A DNA stretch of 22,931 bases from an uncultured Candidatus Bathyarchaeia archaeon (GCA_964450845.1 CAYVGZ010000009.1:1-22931), one strand, 5' to 3'; shown: positions 7,338 through 16,008, numbered from the stretch's first letter. The notes: generated by a model from the letters alone, not told the origin. Numbers and translations are program-made.

Positions 7338-9032
7338 TCAATCAGTTTTATATCTACCCTTCTTCAAAAACTGCTTTTCATAGATTTCCCTAACCCTTTG
7401 CACAGTGTCTGCCTCTTCCGGACTTTTGTCTTCTCTTAAGCGGTTTATTCTCGCAAAACGCAAAGCCATCCCACACTTGTATTTCGGGCTTTTCTGAATC
7501 TCGTTGTATGTCACTTCAACCACTATTTTTGGAACCACAAACACTTTTCTAGGCTCTTCTTTTATGACTAGTTCTTTAAGCCGCTTAGTCATTTCGATAA
7601 TTTCCACATCTGTTAATCCCTTAAATGTTTTACCAACCGTCAAGAATTCACTGGTTTCAGCATCTCGCGCCGCCAAATAATAGTCTGAAAGCCACTCATG
7701 TCTTCTACCATAGCCGTACTCAGCCGCAACAATCACCAAATCTAAAGGCTCAAGAACTAGCTTTATCTTAAGCCAACGTTTTCCACGGGTTCCAGGCGTG
7801 TATGGGCTGTCAAGTTTTTTCGCCATAAGCCCTTCATGTCCAGCATCTATGGCTTTTTTTAGAAACTGTTCCGCTTCATCAGTCTTATCTATCACCATCT
7901 GTTCCGTTAGTGGTATTTCTCCAGCGTTTTCAGCCAATATCTGTCTTCGCTGTAAGTAAGGAACTGAAATTAGACTTTCACCATTAAGGTATAGAACGTC
8001 AAATAGGTAAAGCTTCACTGGAATTTTTTCAGTCATGTCCTCTATTGCGTGAACCCTTTTGAACCTGCGCATTAAATGTTGGAAGGGAATGGGAAGGCCA
8101 AGGTTGTCAACAGCTATGACTTCACCTTCTAATATCACTTCTTTTGCCCTAATGTTTTTTCTAGTTGTTTCGACGATTTCTGGTAAGCTTTCAGTTACAT
8201 CCGTTAGTCTTCTGCTAAAGATTCTCACTTCGTCGCCGAGCTTGTGAATCTGAACCCTAGCCCCATCCAGCTTGTATTCGAAGGCTGTTTTTCCATTATG
8301 CTCCTTCAAGGCTTCAGCAACGTCATCTGCCATCTGAGCTAGCATAAGCCTAACGGGCCTGAAAACTCTGAACCCAATTTTCAATAAACCTCCTTTGCCT
8401 TCCATTTTGGCTATGACAGCAACTTCTCCTATATCGCCAATAGTCATGCTTGCCTTCTGCACAACTTCCAAAGGAATTTGGAAGGCTTTGGAGACTGCCT
8501 GCTCCATTAATCCTTCATAGAAGCCAGTTCGCATCTCGCCAATGAAAATCTTGACCAAATATTTGGCTTCCGCTGGTGAGGCTAAGCTTAACAACGCTTC
8601 TATTAAACGCTCTTTCTTTTCCCTCGAACCATATCCAGTGGCTTCAGCTATAGCCTTTAAACTACGTCTTACCTCTGCTATCGTTAATGTTCTCTCGAAA
8701 AGCGTTGCTTGCCTCTTGACCTTGCTTTCTTCAAAAACAGCTTTTGTAGCTGAACCTACATCGCCGGTTTTACTGAAAGCTTCCATAAAAACGCTCCATT
8801 CAACCCCTGTTATGCGTTTTATTATTTCGCTTAGGGTTGCCCAACTAACCTCAAGGGTTTCTTGGCTCCATTTTGGGAAAGGTCTTCCAAGAATCATGGA
8901 AACGGCGGGCTCAACTTCCTGAGATTCCAAATTTTTTAGGAAATCTGCAACGAGGTCTATCATTATAAGTCGCTTACTTGTGGCTTCCAGTTTTTCGCAT
9001 AGTTCAGCCAGAGCTTTGAAAGGTGTTTGCAT
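7338..9032 (-). CDS. lig: ATP-dependent DNA ligase
   Basis: Motif I EYKLDG, III LEGEV, IIIa FDVLYLNG, IV EGLMAK, V WLKIK, VI LRFAR..R.DK. Confidence 0.96.
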   Translation of the reverse strand: MQTPFKALAELCEKLEATSKRLIMIDLVADFLKNLESQEVEPAVSMILGRPFPKWSQETLEVSWATLSEIIKRITGVEWSVFMEAFSKTGDVGSATKAVFEESKVKRQATLFERTLTIAEVRRSLKAIAEATGYGSREKKERLIEALLSLASPAEAKYLVKIFIGEMRTGFYEGLMEQAVSKAFQIPLEVVQKASMTIGDIGEVAVIAKMEGKGGLLKIGFRVFRPVRLMLAQMADDVAEALKEHNGKTAFEYKLDGARVQIHKLGDEVRIFSRRLTDVTESLPEIVETTRKNIRAKEVILEGEVIAVDNLGLPIPFQHLMRRFKRVHAIEDMTEKIPVKLYLFDVLYLNGESLISVPYLQRRQILAENAGEIPLTEQMVIDKTDEAEQFLKKAIDAGHEGLMAKKLDSPYTPGTRGKRWLKIKLVLEPLDLVIVAAEYGYGRRHEWLSDYYLAARDAETSEFLTVGKTFKGLTDVEIIEMTKRLKELVIKEEPRKVFVVPKIVVEVTYNEIQKSPKYKCGMALRFARINRLREDKSPEEADTVQRVREIYEKQFLKKGRYKTD

Positions 9033-9138
9033 AAACGTTGACCTTTAGAATACACTTAATTTTCAGTTATTAACTTAAAGAGATAAACATTGTTTTGACG
9101 GATAAGGGGAAAAAGAGGTTTTTGATGTTTTTTCTGTG

Positions 9139-9522
9139 TTAGAAAGAAGCTTCTAGCTTCGCTTTCACTTCTTTTATTTTCTTCTCCATTTCCTTGGCTT
9201 TCGCTTTTTTCTTCATGGCTGTGTAGCAGTCTCTTGCGTATTCTAGGGCGCTGGCTCCAAATCTGTCAAATCCTTTTTGGAACGACAGCTCGGCGGATTT
9301 CAGAAAATGTTCAACAGCCGTTTCATAATCCTTAAGGGCATACGCGCATTCACCAGCCTTGTAAAGCATGGATGTAGAGTCAAAATAGTTTTGTACTTTA
9401 TGATATAGCTCTGCGGTTCGCAGGAAAACTTCCTTAGCCTCTTTGTATTTGCCAACTTCGTAAAGTGTGTTAGCATCCTTATGCATTTTAACTGGGTCTT
9501 CTTTCACTTTTTCTTCACTCAT
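9139..9522 (-). CDS. TPR / SNAP-like all-helical repeat protein
   Basis: Repeats with A..LY..G.Y..A..F...A spacing; start placed at ATG9522 (TTG9531 is an alternative). Confidence 0.7.
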   Translation of the reverse strand: MSEEKVKEDPVKMHKDANTLYEVGKYKEAKEVFLRTAELYHKVQNYFDSTSMLYKAGECAYALKDYETAVEHFLKSAELSFQKGFDRFGASALEYARDCYTAMKKKAKAKEMEKKIKEVKAKLEASF

Positions 9523-9674
9523 GATTCTCAACTCGCAAGTTGCTATTTATCAGCATAGGACTTACATTTAGGCTTTCCCATTTCAAGCAGTTCAGACAAT
9601 ACTATTAAGAGGAATTAAAAACATTAAGATCTAGCGGCGATAATTATGAGACATGAAACCTTGGAGAAACACAT

Positions 9675-10394
9675 ATGAAAATTTGTGATGCCCACGTTCA
9701 TCTAGGAAAGTCAGGTCCTTGGCAACCATATGCCAATCCGACAATCTATGTGAATGAGCTCATTAGCCTCTTTGACAAATACAGCGTTGAAAAAGCAGTT
9801 GTTTTTCCAAACCCCAATGTAGGCGATGAATACCCCAAAATGAATAATTACATTGCAAATTGCGTAAATAAATATCCTAGGCGTTTTATCGGGTTTGGGC
9901 GTGTTGACCCGCGAAGAGAAGACGCTGTAAAAGAGTTAAAGCGTATAAAAAATGGTTTAGGCTTAACCGGGCTTAAGCTACATCCAATGGTGGAGTGCTT
10001 TAGGCCAGATCACCCGTTTTTCAGCAAGTTTTTCCAAAAAGTTAACGAATTAAGTCTTCCCACATTATTTCATTCGGGTGATGGCTTTTCATCAGTAGGG
10101 CTTATCTTAAAAATTGCTAAAAAATATCCAAAACTGCCCATAATTCTAGGTCATTTAAGGGAATCAGCCATCAATGCCTTAAAAGAATGCGAGAACGTTT
10201 ACGTTGAAACCTCTGGCACCTTACCTGAATTTATTGAATTCTCAGTGGACACAGACGAAGACAGGATACTGTTTGGTTCTGACGTTCCATATTATCGTTA
10301 TCCAACTCAAATAGCAATCGTTGAAGCTGCGGAAATTTCCCAAAAAGCTAAGAGAAAAATTTTCTTTGAGAACTTCCAGAAAATGTTTAGCTGA
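9675..10394 (+). CDS. Amidohydrolase family (Amidohydro_2-type) metal-dependent hydrolase
   Basis: DAHVH, KLHP, FHSG, GH and FGSD metal-ligand motifs of the TIM-barrel amidohydrolase superfamily; SD GGAGA. Confidence 0.88.
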   Translation: MKICDAHVHLGKSGPWQPYANPTIYVNELISLFDKYSVEKAVVFPNPNVGDEYPKMNNYIANCVNKYPRRFIGFGRVDPRREDAVKELKRIKNGLGLTGLKLHPMVECFRPDHPFFSKFFQKVNELSLPTLFHSGDGFSSVGLILKIAKKYPKLPIILGHLRESAINALKECENVYVETSGTLPEFIEFSVDTDEDRILFGSDVPYYRYPTQIAIVEAAEISQKAKRKIFFENFQKMFS

Positions 10395-10434
10395 AATAAA
10401 GGGGATTGACACCTTAATTTAATGGAGTAGAATC

Positions 10435-11835
10435 ATGGCTCTTAAATGTGTTAAATGTGGTCTAGAATTTCCATTGTTTCCTCCACAACACAAATGTGAA
10501 AGGTGTGGAGGAGCTTTAGAATACGAGCTTGATTTGCAAAAAGATAGTAAAATTAAATTTTCGGGTCAGATGCGCTTTTGGAGGTATAAACCTTTACTAC
10601 CGCCAGTAAAACATTTAATAAGCCTAGGCGAAGGAGGAACTCGGCTTCACAAGGCGGAAAGACTTGCTAAGACTATGGGCTTAACGGATTTGTATCTAAA
10701 GGATGAAACCCGAAACCCCACAAACTCCTATAGGGACCGTGCAGCCGCTCTCTTAACATCAAATGCTATGGACTTTCAATATGACACGTTAATCTGTGCG
10801 ACAAATGGAAATTTGGGCGCTTCTCTCGCTGCTTATTCTGCAAAGGCTGGGTTAACCTGCCATGTGATTGTGCCAAAGATTGTTGATGTTGGAAAACTGG
10901 CTCAAATGCTTGCATATGATGCTGCTATTGAAGAGTCTGGCGAGATTCTTGACGATTCCATACGCAAGGCTAACGCTCTGGCGAAGGAAACAGGTTGGTA
11001 TCAAGCAACTGCAGAGCTAAATCCTCTTGCAATTGAAGCGCAGAAAACAATTTCATATGAGGTAAGTGAACAGTTTGGTGTTCCAGAATGGTTTGTGGTT
11101 CCAATGGGAAGTGGCGGAACCATTTATTCTATTTGGAAGGGCTTCCAAGAGCTTGAGCAGCTTGGGATAACGAACTCTCTGCCAAAAATGGTTGGCGTTC
11201 AACCAGAAGGATGCGCATCCATAGCTAAAACATTCATGGGAGGACGCTCCAAATTGACAAAAACGCTGAACCCCTCCACTCATGCGCTTGCTGTTTTGGT
11301 GGCGGAACCGCTACAAGGTGAATTAGCAATAAAAGCATTAAAGGAATCGAGTGGTTTGGCTTTGACTGTTTCTGATTCAGAAATTTTTGCAGCGGAGCTT
11401 CAGATAGCCAAACTTGAAGGAATGTTTGCAGAACCAGCAAGTTCAGCCACAATCGCTGCTTTAAAAAAACTTGTGGCAGAAGGAAAAATGCGTAAGCACG
11501 ACAGCGTTGTATGCCTCATTACAGGAAGCGGGCTCAAAGCCACGGATGTGCTTCAAGGCTTAACCAAAAAGCAAAAAACGGCAGGCGTAGGCTTAGAGTT
11601 AAGCACAAAAGAGAAAATACTGCGAATCCTAAGCAAAAGAGACACATATGGCTATGATCTGTGGAAAAAACTCGGAAAAACCATGACCAGAGCCGCCATA
11701 TACCAACACTTGAATGAGCTTTCGGAAAAAGGATTAATTGCAGGCTACACAAAAAATGAGAGAAAATTCTTCAAGGTCACAGAACGTGGAAAAAGAGCTT
11801 TGCATGCGATTGAAGATTTGAAGCTTTTAATGTAA
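10435..11835 (+). CDS. Threonine-synthase-like fold-type II PLP domain (Schiff-base Lys replaced by Arg) with N-terminal Zn ribbon and C-terminal PadR-like winged HTH
   Basis: CVKC/CERC ribbon; KDETRNPTNSYRDR where ThrC has SFKDR; NGN, PMGSGG and TGSGLK retained; the C-terminus ILRIL...YGYDLWK...IYQHLNEL...GLI...RKFFKVTERG is a wHTH. Confidence 0.85.
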   Translation: MALKCVKCGLEFPLFPPQHKCERCGGALEYELDLQKDSKIKFSGQMRFWRYKPLLPPVKHLISLGEGGTRLHKAERLAKTMGLTDLYLKDETRNPTNSYRDRAAALLTSNAMDFQYDTLICATNGNLGASLAAYSAKAGLTCHVIVPKIVDVGKLAQMLAYDAAIEESGEILDDSIRKANALAKETGWYQATAELNPLAIEAQKTISYEVSEQFGVPEWFVVPMGSGGTIYSIWKGFQELEQLGITNSLPKMVGVQPEGCASIAKTFMGGRSKLTKTLNPSTHALAVLVAEPLQGELAIKALKESSGLALTVSDSEIFAAELQIAKLEGMFAEPASSATIAALKKLVAEGKMRKHDSVVCLITGSGLKATDVLQGLTKKQKTAGVGLELSTKEKILRILSKRDTYGYDLWKKLGKTMTRAAIYQHLNELSEKGLIAGYTKNERKFFKVTERGKRALHAIEDLKLLM

Positions 11836-11874
11836 TTTGAATGTTATTTCTCTCATTTAAAGGCGATAAATTAA

Positions 11875-11900
11875 AATAGTATAGTTATAACTAAACTATT
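11875..11900. promoter_or_regulatory. 26-bp near-perfect palindrome (candidate operator) over the ECF S-component promoter
   Basis: AATAGTATAGTTA|TAACTAAACTATT, 12 of 13 pairs, ending 16 nt before ATG11917. Confidence 0.6.
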
Positions 11901-11916
11901 CTCTGGAGGGAGCTGC

Positions 11917-12672
11917 ATGCTGTCTTCAAAAACTATGATGAAGAGTCCCATTCAGCTTGGAGTTACCGGTGTTTTTACGGCTCTCGTATGTGTGGTAACC
12001 ATGATTTTTTCAATTTACGTGCCAAGCACGAGAGGATTCTTTAACGTTGGCGAAACCATGGTGTATATAACGGCGTTGCTTTTTGGCCCATTTGTAGGCG
12101 CTTTCGCCGGTGGCGTGGGTTCAATGTTTGCCGATGTGCTTCTCGGCTACTACTACTTCGCACCAGCAACTTTGGTCATTAAAGCATTAGAAGGAGGATT
12201 GGTAGGTTTCTTAAGCCGCAAAAAACCTCTTTTCTCTAAGTATCACACAAGGCGCGAATGGAAAATCTTTACTCTTGAGATTGGAGTGCTTGTCGGAGCT
12301 CTAGTGAGCCTTATAGGTTTCCTGTACTACAGCGGCATCGTGGAATTATACTCTGGCATTCCTCCACCAGAAAGTCCCACATCGACAATTTTTATTCCAA
12401 TGGAATTCTGGCTGGGTTTGGGTGCTTTTGTTGCATTATTGATAGCAGTCATAGGCTTTGTTTCTGAACCAGAAATCGGATGGACGGTTATCTCCATAAT
12501 TTTTGGAGGGTTGCTGATGGTTTTTGGCTATTTTCTTTACGAACAGTTTTTCCTCGGAGTTTTGGCGGTCGCTGAAGTTCCTATAAACATCGGACAAATG
12601 ACAGTTGGACTAATCGTAGCAACACCAATAGTAAAAATCATTCAGCGTGCTTTGCCACAACTTAAAAGCTAG
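11917..12672 (+). CDS. ECF transporter substrate-specific S component (COG4720/HmpT-PdxU2-like) with extra membrane hairpin
   Basis: GFFNVGE...LLFGP..GA..GGVGS..AD...GY...AP.T..IK..EG signature and C-terminal GYF.YE...N..Q; SD GGAGGG. Confidence 0.85.
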   Translation: MLSSKTMMKSPIQLGVTGVFTALVCVVTMIFSIYVPSTRGFFNVGETMVYITALLFGPFVGAFAGGVGSMFADVLLGYYYFAPATLVIKALEGGLVGFLSRKKPLFSKYHTRREWKIFTLEIGVLVGALVSLIGFLYYSGIVELYSGIPPPESPTSTIFIPMEFWLGLGAFVALLIAVIGFVSEPEIGWTVISIIFGGLLMVFGYFLYEQFFLGVLAVAEVPINIGQMTVGLIVATPIVKIIQRALPQLKS

Positions 12673-12705
12673 CTATCTTTAAAACTCTCCTCAGAGGGCA
12701 GAAAA

Positions 12706-13740
12706 ATGAAGTTGCCATTAGGAAAAATCCCAATAGAAATTTTGAGGAATGTCATTTTCCAAAACCTAGGTTCAAAACGCAACGAAGTTGCTTTAGGCCC
12801 TTCTGCAGGATTTGACGGTGCAGTCATAAACGTTGGAAACAAGTCCTTAATTGTCTCCACGGATCCCATTACAGGAGCAATGGAGCAAATTGGCTGGCTT
12901 GCCGTAAACATTAATGCAAACGACATCGCCACCTTTGGTGTCGAACCAGCTTTCTTCCTTTCATGCATTTTGCTTCCTGAAAAAGAGAATAGGCAAATGG
13001 TTGAAACAATATCTGTCCAAATGGACAAAGCTGCTAAAAAATTGGGCATGGCTATTGTTGGAGGGCACTGCGAAGTAACTCCTGGACTGACTAACCCGAT
13101 AGTTGTAGGCTGCACAATGGGCTTAACAGAAAAAGGAAACTACGTGACAGCAGGAGGAGCTAAACTAGGAGACAAGCTTATATTAACAAAAAGCGCTGGA
13201 ATCGAAGGAACCGCAATTCTCGCGGCAGACAGAGAAGAGCAGTTAAAGAAGGCATTAAAGCCTAAAATGTTGCAGAATGCCAAAAAATTCTATGACAAAA
13301 TAAGCGTCGTTAAAGATGCACTTACAGCTTTCAAGACAGGCGGCGTAACTGCTATGCACGATCTGACAGAAGGAGGTGTAAGCGGGGGAATCCACGAAAT
13401 GGCAGACGCATCAAACCTAAGCGTAAAAATATTTGAAGAAAAAATCCGTATTCAACCAGAAACCAGCAAAATATGTGAATTTTTTCACATTGATCCCTTG
13501 CAACTCATTAGCTCAGGAGCGCTGCTCATTTCTGCTAAGCCAGAATTTGCAGACAGGATTATTGGAGAATTGGAGCAGAAGCAGATTCATGCTTCTATAA
13601 TCGGCGAATTTTTGGAGAAATCGCGTCGTCGCTTGATCGTAAGGGAAGACGGTGAAACTCGAGCTTTACCTAGACCAGTATCTGATCATCTTTGGCTTGC
13701 CCTTCATGGGGAATTTCCAGAATTTTTGTTCAAAACCTGA
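12706..13740 (+). CDS. AIR synthase (PurM)-fold ATP-dependent protein, PurM-like subgroup of unknown function
   Basis: G.D.AV, STDPIT, NDIA..G..P, GGHCE and MHDLTEGG motifs. No C-terminal PRIC cysteine, so not HypE. Confidence 0.85.
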   Translation: MKLPLGKIPIEILRNVIFQNLGSKRNEVALGPSAGFDGAVINVGNKSLIVSTDPITGAMEQIGWLAVNINANDIATFGVEPAFFLSCILLPEKENRQMVETISVQMDKAAKKLGMAIVGGHCEVTPGLTNPIVVGCTMGLTEKGNYVTAGGAKLGDKLILTKSAGIEGTAILAADREEQLKKALKPKMLQNAKKFYDKISVVKDALTAFKTGGVTAMHDLTEGGVSGGIHEMADASNLSVKIFEEKIRIQPETSKICEFFHIDPLQLISSGALLISAKPEFADRIIGELEQKQIHASIIGEFLEKSRRRLIVREDGETRALPRPVSDHLWLALHGEFPEFLFKT

Positions 13741-14453
13741 AGGAACCAATATAATATGAAAAATGGATAATAAAAGACGTATTTCGGAATATGTGAATAA
13801 GCCAAACCGCATCTCATTTCTAGGGAAGCCAGCGAAATGCTTTCCCTTAGAGTCCAGTCCGCACTTGGCCTAAAATGCAGGCAGTAAATGTCATCGCCTA
13901 CTACAACTTTGTAGCCCTTCTTTTTGATCCAGTTTGTGATATACGCATCTTCATAAGCATGTAATCGCTCTGGAATTCTAATATCCTTTACGAGTTCGTG
14001 GCGGATCAAGGTGTCATGCATACCACCACGAAGGTTGAAACATTCTCTTGCAATAAGAAGGAGTGATCTTAAAAATAGCTTGTTTTTAACGTTTGGGATG
14101 ACATCGATGTTTAATCCCCAAAGCGCCCCTAATTCTTTATCAATGTATTTTTCGGCTTTCTCAAACCAGCCCTCACAAAGAATAACGTCGCTGTCTACAA
14201 ACATAAACCACTCTGTTGTTACCTCTTCTATACCCCTTTCTCTCGCTTTAGCCCTTGAACCTTTTTCCGAAATAATTGTAACGTTCCCATATTTTCTGTT
14301 AAATTCATTCAAAATTTTCAATGTGTTGTCAGTTGAGAACCCATCAACAACTATTAAACGTTTAACAGGCACATTTTCATAAATTGATCTTAGGCTTTTA
14401 AATAGCAAATGCTCACTGTTCTTTGTAAGCATAACAACATCTATTGGTTCCAA
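13704..14453 (-). CDS. Glycosyltransferase family 2 (GT-A), soluble type
   Basis: IVVDGFSTDNT and FVDSD (DxD) motifs; TTG start with SD GGAGAGG. Confidence 0.88.
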   Translation of the reverse strand: MEPIDVVMLTKNSEHLLFKSLRSIYENVPVKRLIVVDGFSTDNTLKILNEFNRKYGNVTIISEKGSRAKARERGIEEVTTEWFMFVDSDVILCEGWFEKAEKYIDKELGALWGLNIDVIPNVKNKLFLRSLLLIARECFNLRGGMHDTLIRHELVKDIRIPERLHAYEDAYITNWIKKKGYKVVVGDDIYCLHFRPSADWTLRESISLASLEMRCGLAYSHIPKYVFYYPFFILYWFLQVLNKNSGNSP

Positions 14454-14668
14454 GTGATCCTCTCCATCACTTCTGGGTCAGGTGTTCAATGTCTAAACTA
14501 TGGTAATTTACCTTGTACATCACAGATTGCAAAGGATGTGGCATAATTGTCCATTTAAGCAATTGTAATATATACCTTTTTTATCAAATGCCCTCTCTGG
14601 ATATTTAATCTCTAACACATAATCTTATTTGGATGACAAGTAACTAATAAATCACAGGATGTGCACTA

Positions 14669-15742
14669 TTGGCTATAGGTTTGGAAAAGGCTGCCAGCAT
14701 TCTCGTTCGTTCTCTTACACCTAACAGGCCTTATCATGTGCAGTGGATGGTTACGAGGAAATGTAACTATCGTTGCAAAGGGTGCAATGTTTGGCGGGAG
14801 CAAGATACAAAGGAATTATCAACGGAGGAAATCAAAAAAGGTTTGGACATACTTAGGGAACTTGGAGTCATAGAAGTTGTCATATCTGGAGGAAACCCGC
14901 TTTTAAGAGAAGACATCAATGAGGTTATTGAATATGCTTCACGTTTTTTCGTTACCACAGTATATGATAATGGCAGTATGGCTGCAGAAAAAATTGATGC
15001 TTTACGTAGTGCAGATTTTGTTGCAATCTCTATAGACAGTTTGGACCCAAGAAAAAATGATTGTATTAAAGGAGTTAAAGGTGCTTGGGAAAAAGCCATG
15101 GAAGCCGTTGAGAAGCTGCATGAGGAAGGAATTTCTGTGAGTGTGTCACCAACAATATCGCAGCTTAACCTATACGAAATTGTTGATTTCACCAAATTTT
15201 TCTTGGGAAAAGGTATCCCGCTTTGGTATTGCTTATACTCCTATGATTCTTCTGAGGATGCAGGTCAGCTTTTTAAAATCGGTAGGAAAAATGACGAGTT
15301 TGTAATAACTGATAAAAAAGCAATGGTTGAACTCTGTGATTTCCTTATTGAGATGAGGAGAAAAAACAGCAACATTCTCATGACAACCAAAATACTAGAA
15401 ACTGTTAAGAATATTTACTCAGAAAGCAGAAGAACGTGGAAGTGCCGCGCACTTCAGAATTTCTTTGTGATAGATCATTTAGGCAATGTTGCTGGTTGCC
15501 ATCTTCATAAACCAGTAGCTTCAATTTTTGATTTGCCTAGGGTCTGGAACAGCGAGAAGTTTAATACCTTACGTAAAATTTACAGCGAATGCACTCAATG
15601 CACTTACCTTTGTTACATTTTTTATTCTCTTCATGGCAGTGTTCTCGGTAACCTACAGATAGCTCAAGATCAGTGGAAAAACGCGAAACTGTTTTTGAAG
15701 AGAAACAACCTTAAGCCTCTAGGTTTGGTAAAACAGCCATAA
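14669..15742 (+). CDS. Radical SAM protein with twitch/SPASM-type C-terminal domain
   Basis: CNYRCKGC (CxxxCxxC, 14762-14785); C-terminal C...IDHLGNVAGC...CTQCTYLC. Confidence 0.9.
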   Translation: MAIGLEKAASILVRSLTPNRPYHVQWMVTRKCNYRCKGCNVWREQDTKELSTEEIKKGLDILRELGVIEVVISGGNPLLREDINEVIEYASRFFVTTVYDNGSMAAEKIDALRSADFVAISIDSLDPRKNDCIKGVKGAWEKAMEAVEKLHEEGISVSVSPTISQLNLYEIVDFTKFFLGKGIPLWYCLYSYDSSEDAGQLFKIGRKNDEFVITDKKAMVELCDFLIEMRRKNSNILMTTKILETVKNIYSESRRTWKCRALQNFFVIDHLGNVAGCHLHKPVASIFDLPRVWNSEKFNTLRKIYSECTQCTYLCYIFYSLHGSVLGNLQIAQDQWKNAKLFLKRNNLKPLGLVKQP

Positions 15743-15998
15743 CATCCACCATTTTCTTAACAAGCATTTGATCGAATCCATGTATTTGATCGAATCCATG
15801 TTCTTCTTCTGCGTTTACGATTAGAACTGTTTGTCTCATTTTGGTTTGCATAACGGGGGCATCTTTCATTATTAATCTAGGTCCTGCATCCCTATGCTTT
15901 TTCAGTTCGAAAAGGGCGGGCAAAAACATAATGAAAATGAAGGTTGAAACTCCAAGAATTAAAACAATAAACGTTGTTAAAGTCGGAGTCGGAATCAT
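15711..15998 (-). CDS. Small single-pass membrane protein of unknown function
   Basis: Hydrophobic N-terminal helix then ELKK..DAGPR. ATG15998 lies 10 nt after the GT2 stop (ATG16046 is an alternative). Confidence 0.6.
   Translation of the reverse strand: MIPTPTLTTFIVLILGVSTFIFIMFLPALFELKKHRDAGPRLIMKDAPVMQTKMRQTVLIVNAEEEHGFDQIHGFDQMLVKKMVDVMAVLPNLEA
15766..15801. repeat. Exact 18-bp tandem duplication (in-frame HGFDQI/HGFDQM)
   Basis: ATTTGATCGAATCCATGT x2. Confidence 0.95.
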
Positions 15999-16008
15999 CC
16001 TAATCTTT

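Noticed and set aside
7338-9032. Ligase motif VI reads LRFAR rather than LRFPR
   Set aside because: A variant seen in other ATP-dependent ligases; all catalytic motifs are intact.
10435-11835. Calling this gene thrC
   Set aside because: The Schiff-base lysine is absent and a wHTH is fused, so the enzyme name is not supported.
12706-13740. Calling this gene hypE, purM or thiL
   Set aside because: It lacks the HypE C-terminal Cys, there are no hydrogenase or purine genes nearby, and the motifs fit only the shared fold.
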